A DNA stretch of 64,000 bases from Candidatus Heimdallarchaeota archaeon (lineage in GTDB: Archaea > Asgardarchaeota > Heimdallarchaeia > Hodarchaeales > Hodarchaeaceae). Positions 41,071 through 51,004 of the stretch are shown piece by piece. A model generated the notes under the pieces. That model did not search any database. It worked only from the letters and a program-made list of their open reading frames with translations, and was not told where the DNA came from. Every line of letters begins with the position of its first letter. Positions within the stretch are counted from its first letter, which is position 1. The stretch lies in the NCBI GenBank assembly GCA_020353515.1, contig CP070695.1, forward strand, positions 4,657,414-4,721,413, in the 5' to 3' direction. The translations under genes were made by a program, and so were the position numbers.

Positions 41071-41844
41071 GTTTCAGGTGTATCTAATGACGAGGCTTTA
41101 GAAGGGGAAATATCAATATCCTGTACTGTTGATGATGTAGCATTCACAAACATCTCTATCTCAGTTGGGGGTCGGAACTTTTACCCAGACTCCTGGGATT
41201 ATTCAAACGCTGAATTTCTAATTGATACAACAATCGTAAATGATGGTTTTTACACACTATCTGTCTAAGTTAGTGATGAAGTAGGGCATGAAACCGTAGA
41301 GGAATTTGAGATTGCCGTAGATAACGATGAAGCAAGCGTTAGTTCGATAGAACACAGTCCCACAGCTCCCACCCGTGATGATAAAGTGATAATAGCAGTA
41401 ACCATCACTGATGCAGTTGGAATTGATGAATCCTCAGTTACTCTTTACTGGAAACTCGCTTCTGAAGATGAATGGCAAAGTATCCCCATGACTTTGGTTG
41501 ATGAGAGAGGTGATGAGTGGGATTTCGAAGCAGTTATCCCACCCCAAGCACAAGGAGAAGAAATCATATATTATGTGACTGTTAACGACCTCAAAGGCCG
41601 ACTAAGTGAATCTGATGAGGAGCACTATTTTGTAGAGGAAGTTCCTCCTGATGTACTTGGCCCTCTAATTGGACTTGTGGCTATTCTTGGAATTATTGGA
41701 GCGCTTGTTGGATCTGGTATCTTTTTCGGACCGAAATTTCTTAAACCAATCATTCAAAAGCAGTTACAAAAAACTCAAGAAGTGAAAGTCGAGGAAAGAA
41801 AAACCCGAATTGATGATCTTTTTGATTTTGAAATTGAGGACTGA
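41044..41844 (+). pseudogene. 5'-truncated Ig-like repeat surface protein with C-terminal TM anchor
   Basis: The frame of ORF 41386 extends back to 41044 as ...FLIDTTIVNDGFYTLSV*VSDEVGHET..., with an in-frame TAA at 41266-41268 inside a Big-type Ig domain. No start codon with signal peptide is present. Confidence 0.7.
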
Positions 41845-41960
41845 TATCGAATGTTTTAATCTTCTCAATGGACATCTTTCCTCTCTTCAGACATTCCTCT
41901 ATATTTAAAGTCAGAGTACTTATGTGAGACAAAACAAGACAAAGGGCGAAAAATATCGAA

Positions 41961-43697
41961 ATGGATTCCCAAACCCGACACAGGAAAAATTTAGGCGCTT
42001 TTTATACTCCAACCCATCTAGCGAAATCACTAACACAAGCAGCCCTTAAACAGTTTCTAATTGCACAAATAAACTCTCAAACTAACTCGAAGTTTTCTTC
42101 TCTTGAAGATATCTTGAATACATCCGATTTATTAATTTTAGAGAAATTAAGAAGTACCTTAGAAAATATTAGGATACTTGACGGGTCAGCAGGGGACGGA
42201 GAATTCTTAAAAGCATGTTTGATAGCTATAATACCGCTTAAGGACAAAATTAATGATTTATTGAGCTTAGAAAAAGAAAATCCTGAAGAAGCCTTTTTTA
42301 ACATCATTCAACACAATCTTTTCGGGATGGAAATTGATTCCGAAACTACCTCTAAATGTCATAAAACCCTCGGTACGGTTATTCCCAATCTTAATCTAGC
42401 ATTTGTGAATACAATCTTACATGATAATATCATCACTGGGGACTTTTTAGAGAGTTCACATTCAGATTGGATTAAACTTCCTCCTACTTCAAAAGGGTTT
42501 GATATTATACTTGGTAATCCTCCTTGGGGAGGAAAATTAACTAAAACACAAAGAGATCATTATCAACGTAAGTATAAGCTAAAAAGTCCAAAAAGAAATC
42601 TCAATACTTTCTCGTTATTCGTTTATCAAGCCACTCGTCTGCTTAATCCAGACAATGGGATATTGGCTTATCTTCTTCCTAAAAATGTCACGCGATCCAA
42701 TCAGTATACCAATCTAAGAGAATTTCTTGTTAAGAATTTTAAAATCCTTTCTATCAATTTTCATGGACTTTTTCAAGATGTCACCCAGGAATTTATAACG
42801 ATAATTGGTTTACATAATAATGAAATTCCTCCAGAACACTTTGTTGTTATTGATGGTAAAACACATGTTCCTCAAACCTCTTATTTAACAAATATAGATT
42901 ATATCTTTTCTAAGGATTTTGATCCACAATCCACCAAATTAATCCAGCTTATCAATAAAAATTCTACCGCTTTGGACCATTTTCTGACAATTCGAAGAGG
43001 AGAAGAACTTTCTAAACGAGGTGGAATCATGTTTTGCCCCAATTGTACAGAATGGGTCCCGTTATCAAGTAGAAAACCTAGTATAATTTGTTCGATTTGT
43101 AAACAACCACTATCTCAAGGTGACTTAAAAACGAAATTTTTGATATCTAATGAACCTACGTCTCATCACACTCAACCTATTTTGACAGGAGACGATTTTG
43201 AAGCTTTTTTAATTCCTGCTACTCATTTCATTAATCCTACATTTAAATTTAGATCCAAGAAAAATCCCTCTATCTATACTTCACCCAAGATTGTAATTCA
43301 AAAAATCAAGCCTTATCTCTGTGCTGCATATGAGTCAAATAGTTATTGGACTACTCAAAATGTCTATAATTTGACGTTAAAACCTGAATACAGTGATAGC
43401 CCTGATTTACTATTCTTCTTTCTTTCCGTTCTCAATTCTTCTCTCTACCAATGGTTTTATGAGACTCAATTCAACTTAGGTTCAAGATACACAAATGCGA
43501 TATCAATTCACAATCTTAAACGTCTTCCACTCAAGAATCCTGATTTTTCTGATCCTTTGTACCACCAAATTGTGCAATTAGCTAAGAAAATTTCAAAAGG
43601 TCAATCCACAGAAGAAGATTCAATTCTGCAGCTTAACAAATTGATTCTTCGTTATTACGAGATAAGTGAGACCCTTCCGTTCTCTGATCTTCAATAG
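41961..43697 (+). CDS. N6-adenine DNA methyltransferase, gamma class (TaqI/Eco57I-like) with TRD
   Basis: GAFYTP, ILDGSAGDGEF, GNPPW, TaqI_C-like KIVIQKI...VLNSSL; CPNC/CSIC insertion. Confidence 0.87.
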   Translation: MDSQTRHRKNLGAFYTPTHLAKSLTQAALKQFLIAQINSQTNSKFSSLEDILNTSDLLILEKLRSTLENIRILDGSAGDGEFLKACLIAIIPLKDKINDLLSLEKENPEEAFFNIIQHNLFGMEIDSETTSKCHKTLGTVIPNLNLAFVNTILHDNIITGDFLESSHSDWIKLPPTSKGFDIILGNPPWGGKLTKTQRDHYQRKYKLKSPKRNLNTFSLFVYQATRLLNPDNGILAYLLPKNVTRSNQYTNLREFLVKNFKILSINFHGLFQDVTQEFITIIGLHNNEIPPEHFVVIDGKTHVPQTSYLTNIDYIFSKDFDPQSTKLIQLINKNSTALDHFLTIRRGEELSKRGGIMFCPNCTEWVPLSSRKPSIICSICKQPLSQGDLKTKFLISNEPTSHHTQPILTGDDFEAFLIPATHFINPTFKFRSKKNPSIYTSPKIVIQKIKPYLCAAYESNSYWTTQNVYNLTLKPEYSDSPDLLFFFLSVLNSSLYQWFYETQFNLGSRYTNAISIHNLKRLPLKNPDFSDPLYHQIVQLAKKISKGQSTEEDSILQLNKLILRYYEISETLPFSDLQ

Positions 43698-43713
43698 AAC
43701 ATTTAACAGAAAT

Positions 43714-44046
43714 TCATTCTTCTTTCGTTTTATACCTCTCTGGTTCTGCAAAAAAGTCAAGCGCACGAAAATAGGTATGGAATTCGGCTTGATGAATAAC
43801 TCCCTCAGGTATATAATAGCTATCTCCCTTCTGATATTTCTTGGTTTCCTCTCCTATTGTCAAAGACATCTCTCCTTCTATAACTATCCCCCACTGGGCA
43901 GAATGGTTATGTGGGGGGAGATTTCCTGGTTCTATCTCAAAAAAAGCGATTTGAAAATCTTCTCCTTGAGCAATCCAACCTTTAACACCTTCTAAAGGAA
44001 TAATTGCTTCTGGAAGAGATGTAATAATTTCTGGAAATTTTACCAC
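43714..44046 (-). CDS. Cupin domain protein
   Basis: PPHNH..QWG.V.EGEM...GDSYYIPEGVIH. Confidence 0.88.
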   Translation of the reverse strand: MVKFPEIITSLPEAIIPLEGVKGWIAQGEDFQIAFFEIEPGNLPPHNHSAQWGIVIEGEMSLTIGEETKKYQKGDSYYIPEGVIHQAEFHTYFRALDFFAEPERYKTKEE

Positions 44047-44086
44047 TTGACTCTCCTCGTGTATTTCTTTAAGGTAACACAGTTGT

Positions 44087-45028
44087 TTATTCTGTTTTAC
44101 TCATTCTAATTTTTCTTTTAATATAATAACCTGCTTTCTGTGCTGCAACGATACCCTCTCCGACTGCCGTTCCAATTTGCTTAATACCACCTGTAACATC
44201 CCCAGCAGCATATATACCCTCAATATTTGTTTCTTGATTGTTATTAACAATTATACTACCAGAAGGATCTGTTTTTACTCCAATTAGTGTTGCGAGTTTA
44301 AAGGGGTCTTCCCCTATAGCGACAAAGAGTGCTTTTACCCGAATTTCGGAAGTCTCATCAGTGTTTTGATTTCTAATGACTAGTTTTCGTATGCTTTCAT
44401 GTTTAGTAATAACTTCATCAATCTTGCTGTTGAACATTGGTACAACTTCGTTATGCGACAAGACTTGGTTGGCAAGAGCATCATCAACATCGAGTTTTTC
44501 TTCTTCATGAATCAGAAAAACCTTTCGAGCAACGCCAGCTAAGTAGATTGCATCATGAGCAGCAGTGTTTCCACCGCCAACAAGACCAACAACTTTTCCT
44601 CGGTGTAATGGTGCATCACACATAGCACAGTAGGATAATCCTGTCCCTTCTAGTTCCCTTTCATTTGGTAATCCGAGTTTTCGACGCTTAGATCCTGTAG
44701 CGATAATTATAGCTTTTGTTTTCCAGCGATCCTTTGAAGTATTGACGATCATCTCTGCTTTGTCAATTGTTGTTACAGTATCAAGTATAATATTAGCTCC
44801 ACAATGCTCTGCTTGAGCTTTCATCTTATCCATTAATTCTGGCCCAGTTATCGATACAAATCCCGGATAATTTGCTATCTCTTTTGCTGTTAAAGCAACA
44901 CCCCCTACGGCCTCAGCTTCAAAGACAACTGTGTTTAGACCCATTCTAACCGCATATATTGCTGCAGTTAGTCCAGCTGGGCCTCCTCCGACTATTACCA
45001 AATCAGTTTCTTGAACCATCGTGATCAT
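44087..45028 (-). CDS. trxB: Thioredoxin reductase-like FAD oxidoreductase
   Basis: GGGPAGLTAAIY, NYPGF, SYCAMCD, GGGNTA, YAAGDVTG. Confidence 0.88.
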   Translation of the reverse strand: MITMVQETDLVIVGGGPAGLTAAIYAVRMGLNTVVFEAEAVGGVALTAKEIANYPGFVSITGPELMDKMKAQAEHCGANIILDTVTTIDKAEMIVNTSKDRWKTKAIIIATGSKRRKLGLPNERELEGTGLSYCAMCDAPLHRGKVVGLVGGGNTAAHDAIYLAGVARKVFLIHEEEKLDVDDALANQVLSHNEVVPMFNSKIDEVITKHESIRKLVIRNQNTDETSEIRVKALFVAIGEDPFKLATLIGVKTDPSGSIIVNNNQETNIEGIYAAGDVTGGIKQIGTAVGEGIVAAQKAGYYIKRKIRMSKTE

Positions 45029-45159
45029 TATTCCATTTAACTATTACAGTTTAATAACATATACTTAATCAAGAAAAAAAAAACCACTTGACAGTGAAAA
45101 TCTGTAAATCAATAAAACTTTTGTTCTAAATCATTCATCGATTATTCTGTAAATTCAAA

Positions 45160-45936
45160 TTATTCTTGTAAAAACCTTTCTAAAGTGGATTGTTTTTTTG
45201 AAGGGGTAACAAGTTTTCCGAATCGTGCTTTCTGCTGGATAATTTCTTTGTATTCTTCTCTAATTTCAAATCCTACTACGTCTCGGCCTGTTTGACGTGC
45301 TGCTAATATCGTACCACCACTTCCTGAAAAAACATCACCCACAAGATCACCAGGTGAGCTAGAGGTGAGAACTAATTTTTCTAAAAGAACAATTGGTAAT
45401 TGACACGGATGTCCTTTAATTCGGTGAGGATCATTACCCCGATTATACTCTGGCCAGAAGAATACGTCTTCATCATAATGTTTCTGCTTATAGAACTGAT
45501 AATTCTTCTTATTTTTAACCAATAGAAGGATATGATAATGACTTGTAACGAATCGTCTCTTTGTATACACCCCCCACGAAAAATACCATATTGCATGGTT
45601 TAACACATGGAATTTTGATTCATCGATGGCATTCAAGATAAATTGTAAATTAGTCCATCCTGAAATAATATAAAGACTCCCATTTTCTGTTAAAGCTTCA
45701 TGACAAGATTCAATCCATGCTTTAGAAAACTGGAAATATGATTCTGGAGTGAATTTGTCTTCATATAAATCATAATCATCAGCTCCATACTCATGACTAG
45801 ATTTATTAAACGCAATTCCGAATGGAGGATCAGCAATGATTAAATCAAAGAGTCGTTCTCTTGCTTTCCATGGTAATGTTTCAAGTACATCTCCAATTAT
45901 GAGTTCGTATTTTGATTCACTTATCATTTCGAACAC
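45160..45936 (-). CDS. DNA methyltransferase, beta class (N6-A/N4-C)
   Basis: DPPF precedes HPCQLP and DVFSGSGGT (motif IV before motif I). Confidence 0.88.
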   Translation of the reverse strand: MFEMISESKYELIIGDVLETLPWKARERLFDLIIADPPFGIAFNKSSHEYGADDYDLYEDKFTPESYFQFSKAWIESCHEALTENGSLYIISGWTNLQFILNAIDESKFHVLNHAIWYFSWGVYTKRRFVTSHYHILLLVKNKKNYQFYKQKHYDEDVFFWPEYNRGNDPHRIKGHPCQLPIVLLEKLVLTSSSPGDLVGDVFSGSGGTILAARQTGRDVVGFEIREEYKEIIQQKARFGKLVTPSKKQSTLERFLQE

Positions 45937-45937
45937 G

Positions 45938-48070
45938 TTAAGATGATGGAGCGACTAGGTCATAACACGATTCCCAAACCTCTTGTTGAGGTAGAAGATT
46001 CCCTGAATGTGTAACAACCTGATATTTAGAATCCATTTCGAGAAGTATTCCTGAATAAATTGCTAAGTAATCAAAATCTTTAACTACAATATCTGCTTTT
46101 CTGAATGTTTCAAGCCGTTCTTTGTACTGCTGTTCAAAAATATTCATGAATTCATCCAAAATAATGTGTTGGTGTTGCTTTTGAATCTTAATACGACAAA
46201 CGACAACTAAATCAAAAGCGATGGCTCTCTTTTTTTGAATGTTTAGGACATTACGAGCTTCACTCGGAATTGGATGTGTTTTAACTACCTGAAATCCAGA
46301 TCTTAAAATAACATCAGCTAGTTTGAGCCATATTCGTTTATCAGAGTGATGAAAGGTAAAAACTAATAAACCGCTAGGCTTAAGCTTCGATTTTATAACA
46401 CTAAATATCTCAACTAGTTTATCGTAGTAGTTTAAGAGCCGATCAGGACTAACAATAGCTTCATCTTCCTTCGGTGTTTCTTCTGCTACAAACCATTTGT
46501 ATTTATCTTTAAGAACTAAACGTAACCATACATAGAAAAAATCTGATAATTCTGAATAGTTTATATTATCAGCATAGGGAGGATCTGAAATGATGAGATC
46601 AATAGATAATGGAAGATCTTTGATATCTTCCGAGTCTTGGCAAAGTAATAATAATTTTTTATCAATTGATGGAAACTCTTTAGAATATTCAGAAATAGCT
46701 TTTCCATCAATTTTTCCTGAGAAAAATTTCTGTTTGACTGATCTTCCTGTTGATGAAAGACTTCGTTGATAGTTAAAAGGAGTAAGATTATATTCTTTTC
46801 CCTTCAACAGGCGACTAAGACATTTTTTCCAAGTCCCTCTTCCATATTTTGTTCCCCAAACATTATTCTCAGCAAATGTGGAGAGAGGATGAAAGTCGTG
46901 TCGGGCAAAAATCCCCTCTACTTTCTGACCTTTAGGAGAATACCTTGTAAAGACATTATTATGATTTAGAAGATTTATAAATGCCGCTAAGAACATCTCT
47001 TGATAACGAGAATCAGGAATCTCATGAATATATTGGAGGATCAATGTGAGAGTTAATAATTGACGTTCATTAAATAAATCAACCCATTTTTTGTAATTAT
47101 GGTTATGAAGGGTCTTTGTTGCTACTCCAAATGGAACCGATTCTCTTGGCCACTGAAATTTAACTGAAGAACGTATCCAATACTCTTTTGCAGCATTAAA
47201 TAGATCAAGATCAGAATTAGAAATCCCTTTTATGAATTTGAATCTGGTGGTTTTGAGAGGCGAGTCTTGATCATTTGCACAATTTTCACAAAAACCTTCG
47301 ATAGCGTATAATTTACTTTTTAAAATTTGTTGATTATTCTTTAGAGCGTCAAGTATATTGGTTGTGTCACCACACTTCGAACATTTACAGGAATTCCGTC
47401 CAATCCGATTCCCCATTAGTGGATTGAATTTAAATTGGCATTGTGGGCATTTTAGTGACGTTGGAATAGAACCTAAGTGATTAAAAACAGTAACACATGA
47501 AGGACATAATATAGAGGAAATTTCACCTTTTATGGCAACTAAGAAATCTCGAAATAGAGAAATCTGGTTATTACATGTCAAACAGGGAACCAATTTAACC
47601 CAATGTGCATATATGATGTCAGCTTGGTGGTTACATATTGGACATTTAGTTATGTACCATTTTTTGATTTGAGGTTTAATCTTCTTTTCGCAGTCTTGAA
47701 TCCATTGTTGAAGTTCCTTTAAATTCACTAGTTCAGCTTCTGTTTTTGTAATAAACCATGCAACAGGGTTAATATCTATACCAATACAATTTAAACCTAG
47801 ACGTAAACTTTCGATGACAGTAGTCCCTCCTCCCACAAAAGGATCGATCACAGTAACATTGGAAAAGTCGTGATCGTCATAGAAGTTTGCCATAAGGTCT
47901 GCAGACGGGGGTAATAACGCTCCCAAAAGTAAGGCTCGAAAAGTAGAGGAGGACCGTCTAGCAAACCATTTTGAAATTTGATAAATTGGTTTATAACTAC
48001 TTCTTTCGGGGATAGCTAGTTTGCTAACCTCATAAATAGGAAATCTTTGTTCTATCAAACGACTAGTCAT
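45938..48070 (-). CDS. DUF1156-like adenine DNA methyltransferase with multiple Zn ribbons
   Basis: KWFARR, DPFVGGGTT, several CxxC pairs, SDPPYADNINYSELSDFFYVWL, FTFHH. Confidence 0.85.
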   Translation of the reverse strand: MTSRLIEQRFPIYEVSKLAIPERSSYKPIYQISKWFARRSSSTFRALLLGALLPPSADLMANFYDDHDFSNVTVIDPFVGGGTTVIESLRLGLNCIGIDINPVAWFITKTEAELVNLKELQQWIQDCEKKIKPQIKKWYITKCPICNHQADIIYAHWVKLVPCLTCNNQISLFRDFLVAIKGEISSILCPSCVTVFNHLGSIPTSLKCPQCQFKFNPLMGNRIGRNSCKCSKCGDTTNILDALKNNQQILKSKLYAIEGFCENCANDQDSPLKTTRFKFIKGISNSDLDLFNAAKEYWIRSSVKFQWPRESVPFGVATKTLHNHNYKKWVDLFNERQLLTLTLILQYIHEIPDSRYQEMFLAAFINLLNHNNVFTRYSPKGQKVEGIFARHDFHPLSTFAENNVWGTKYGRGTWKKCLSRLLKGKEYNLTPFNYQRSLSSTGRSVKQKFFSGKIDGKAISEYSKEFPSIDKKLLLLCQDSEDIKDLPLSIDLIISDPPYADNINYSELSDFFYVWLRLVLKDKYKWFVAEETPKEDEAIVSPDRLLNYYDKLVEIFSVIKSKLKPSGLLVFTFHHSDKRIWLKLADVILRSGFQVVKTHPIPSEARNVLNIQKKRAIAFDLVVVCRIKIQKQHQHIILDEFMNIFEQQYKERLETFRKADIVVKDFDYLAIYSGILLEMDSKYQVVTHSGNLLPQQEVWESCYDLVAPSS

Positions 48071-48080
48071 TTAGGTTGAC

Positions 48081-48716
48081 CTATTGCTTAGACACGAAAT
48101 GCATTAGCTCTTCTGGAGTTTTAAAGATATAATCTGGTTGACTTGCAATAAGTTTTGATTCTTCAATGGTTCCCCAAAGGGCAGCAGCAGTTTTTATTCC
48201 AGCAGCTTTTCCAGCTATTACATCTAGAGGGCTATCCCCAATAAACAAAATTTCAGCTTTATTTAAGTTTAAAACGCTTATTATACGAAATAACGCGTCT
48301 GGATAAGGTTTTGAACGTTCTACATCATTTCCAGTTAGTACCATATCAAAAATTTGAGTAATTCCGAGTTTTTCTAAGGTCATTTGCATTGTTTTTCTTG
48401 ATTTCCCAGTAAAAATTGTTAAGTGCTGAACATGCTCTTTCATGTCATTTAATTGATCAATAGAAAAAAAACCTTTGGTAGGATGGATTGTATTATACTG
48501 ATATAAGAATTCATTCCAAGCAGGGGTCAAAACATTAGAGGGAAAAACATTTTTGAATATTTCATCACCAGGAGGTCCCCATAAAGAAATTACATCCTGT
48601 TTACTCATTTTTTTACCAAGATACTTCAAAACTACCTCTTGAAATAATCGAATAATGAGATTGGCGTTATCAACAAGTGTACCGTCCACATCAAAAACCA
48701 GACAGCTAAGTTTCAT
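48081..48716 (-). CDS. HAD-family phosphatase (Gph/PpaX-like)
   Basis: FDVDGTL, TGK, KPYPD, IGDSPLD..AG. Confidence 0.9.
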   Translation of the reverse strand: MKLSCLVFDVDGTLVDNANLIIRLFQEVVLKYLGKKMSKQDVISLWGPPGDEIFKNVFPSNVLTPAWNEFLYQYNTIHPTKGFFSIDQLNDMKEHVQHLTIFTGKSRKTMQMTLEKLGITQIFDMVLTGNDVERSKPYPDALFRIISVLNLNKAEILFIGDSPLDVIAGKAAGIKTAAALWGTIEESKLIASQPDYIFKTPEELMHFVSKQ

Positions 48717-48799
48717 AACAGAAGAACATCCATTAGGAGACTAAAAATAGGATGGTTTAAATATTTTTAAACACGAGCCCAAATGAGTAAAGATGGTTA

Positions 48800-49603
48800 G
48801 TGATGGGTGACGAACCAAAGATTGACTCCCGAAATAAGCTCAATAGCCTTACTGGACGTCAATGGATCCGTTTCACAAAATCATGGTATATAGCTGATGG
48901 AAAATCAAGTGATATTTCCCATGAAATTGACTTACATCCCGCTTCATTTCCTCCACCAATGATTCGTGAATTCATTGAATTTTTCACAAAACCGGGAGAT
49001 AGTGTCTTGGATCCGTTTTTAGGCACAGGATCAACCTTAGTTGCCTGTGATGAGTGTGGACGACAAGGAATAGGGATAGAACTTTATGAAAAATACGTGA
49101 AGACAGCACGGGCTCGTACAGACCTTCCTATTCATCAAGGTGATTCCCGAGATATTGTGAAAACTCTAATCCAAAATGGAGAGAAATTCTCTCTCTGTAT
49201 CACATCACCTCCATATTGGCGTATATTGAAGAAAAAAAAGGATTATAATCAACAAAAACGTCTTCAAAAGGGATTAGATCTTAAGTATGGGGAACATCCA
49301 AAGGATTTGGGAATGATTGAGGAGCGAGTTACTTTCCTATCAGAACTTGTCATTTTTTTCAAGTTGATCAAAGATTTATTGCTAGAACATGGACATTTAG
49401 TGATCTTTGTCCAAAATATTCGAGATAAGGGGGAAATAAATCCTCTAGCCTTTGAGTTAGCCCTTAAATTAGCAAAAGATTATAAATTCTTAGGGGAACG
49501 CATCTGGCTTCAGAATCAGAAGACTTTACGGCCATATGGGTATCCCTACTCTTTTGTACCGAACATTCACCATCATTACGCCTTAATTTTTCAAAAGCGG
49601 TAA
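48800..49603 (+). CDS. N4-cytosine-type DNA methyltransferase
   Basis: HPASFP, DPFLGTGST, catalytic TSPPYW. Confidence 0.85.
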   Translation: MMGDEPKIDSRNKLNSLTGRQWIRFTKSWYIADGKSSDISHEIDLHPASFPPPMIREFIEFFTKPGDSVLDPFLGTGSTLVACDECGRQGIGIELYEKYVKTARARTDLPIHQGDSRDIVKTLIQNGEKFSLCITSPPYWRILKKKKDYNQQKRLQKGLDLKYGEHPKDLGMIEERVTFLSELVIFFKLIKDLLLEHGHLVIFVQNIRDKGEINPLAFELALKLAKDYKFLGERIWLQNQKTLRPYGYPYSFVPNIHHHYALIFQKR

Positions 49604-49635
49604 AAGGAGAGAGTTACTATTTACAAAGGAAAGAC

Positions 49636-50991
49636 ATGACAATGCAAGTAATACCTTATGGTGGGGTTAATGAGATAGGTGGAAACACGATCCTTGTTGA
49701 GACAAACAGTACAAAAATATTGTTGGATTTCGGGAAAAGTTTTAAACAAGAGGGAACCTATTTTGAAGGCTTTTTACTTCCACGTACATTCCAAGGTCTT
49801 AAAGATTTTCTTGAATTCGATATTTTACCTAGAATAAAAGGCCTCTATGCTCAAGAATATGCATTGGACAATGAATTCTCTGAACATACTGTTGATGCGT
49901 GTCTTTTATCTCATGCACATTTAGATCATTTTGGAAACTTGAATCTCATTGATAAGAGTATCCCTATCTTCATGGGGGAAACTACAGCAACAATTATTCA
50001 GTCAATCCAAGATACAACACGAACCCGCTTTGGACGGCCTTATATTTGGCAAGCAACTGCTGAAAATCCCTCTAATTTTAGAACGTTTCGGACTGGCGAC
50101 GTAATTCAACTAAAGGATTTTGAAATAACTCCCATACATGTCGACCATTCTCTACCTGGTTCTTATAGCTTTATTGTTGAAGGTCAGCAAAAAAAATTAG
50201 GATATACGGGTGATCTTCGTTTACACGGTTGGAGAGAAGATTTAACTAAGGATTTTATTGAAGTTGCAAAGCAAAAGAATCTGGATGTTCTGTTGATTGA
50301 AGGTACGAATATTAATGAAGATTTTGACATGAATGAGAGAAAAGTACAGGAAGAACTGTCACAAGCGATCACAAGGACTGATGGTTTAGCGATTGCCAAT
50401 TATAGTTTACGAGATATCGATCGTTTTCGTTCTTTCTACTTAGCTGCTAAAGAGAATGGCCGAAAACTGTTGATAAACGTTAAGCAAGCATACCTGCTTC
50501 GACTATTACAGGATGATCCTCATCTTGAGATTCCCACGTTAGATGATCCTCTTATTGAAATCTATAAACGACCTAAGAGAAAATACTACAAATGGGAAAA
50601 TTTTCTTTTTAAAAACCACTCTATGGTCGAATCGTCAGATTTTGATCAAACCGAATATATCTTTCACTGTGAGTTCTGGAACCTGACAGATCTCATTGAT
50701 ATTCAACCTCACCCTAAAAAATCTACCTATTTCTACAGTCATGGAGAGCCATTCGATGAAGAGGGAGCTATCGATTTCAGGAGACTTCAGGAATGGGTTA
50801 ACCATTTTCAATTGGATTTTAAACAATACCATGCAAGTGGCCATGCTCCCCGTAGTGATCTTAAAAGAATCGTAGAGGAAATTCAACCACAATTAGTGAT
50901 CCCAATTCATACAGAACACCCTGAAATGTACCAGGAAATCTTAGACATACCAATACTTCTTGCTACGCGAGGACGAACGATTTCAATCTAG
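49636..50991 (+). CDS. MBL-fold beta-CASP nuclease (RNase J-like)
   Basis: GGVNEIGGN, DFG, SHAHLDH, VDHS, YTGDLR, HASGH, PIHTE. Confidence 0.88.
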   Translation: MTMQVIPYGGVNEIGGNTILVETNSTKILLDFGKSFKQEGTYFEGFLLPRTFQGLKDFLEFDILPRIKGLYAQEYALDNEFSEHTVDACLLSHAHLDHFGNLNLIDKSIPIFMGETTATIIQSIQDTTRTRFGRPYIWQATAENPSNFRTFRTGDVIQLKDFEITPIHVDHSLPGSYSFIVEGQQKKLGYTGDLRLHGWREDLTKDFIEVAKQKNLDVLLIEGTNINEDFDMNERKVQEELSQAITRTDGLAIANYSLRDIDRFRSFYLAAKENGRKLLINVKQAYLLRLLQDDPHLEIPTLDDPLIEIYKRPKRKYYKWENFLFKNHSMVESSDFDQTEYIFHCEFWNLTDLIDIQPHPKKSTYFYSHGEPFDEEGAIDFRRLQEWVNHFQLDFKQYHASGHAPRSDLKRIVEEIQPQLVIPIHTEHPEMYQEILDIPILLATRGRTISI

Positions 50992-51004
50992 AATATCAAT
51001 TGAA

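Noticed and set aside
41961-49603. Complete restriction-modification, BREX or DISARM system
   Set aside because: No restriction endonuclease, PglZ, BrxC/DUF499 or helicase gene is recognisable in the window.
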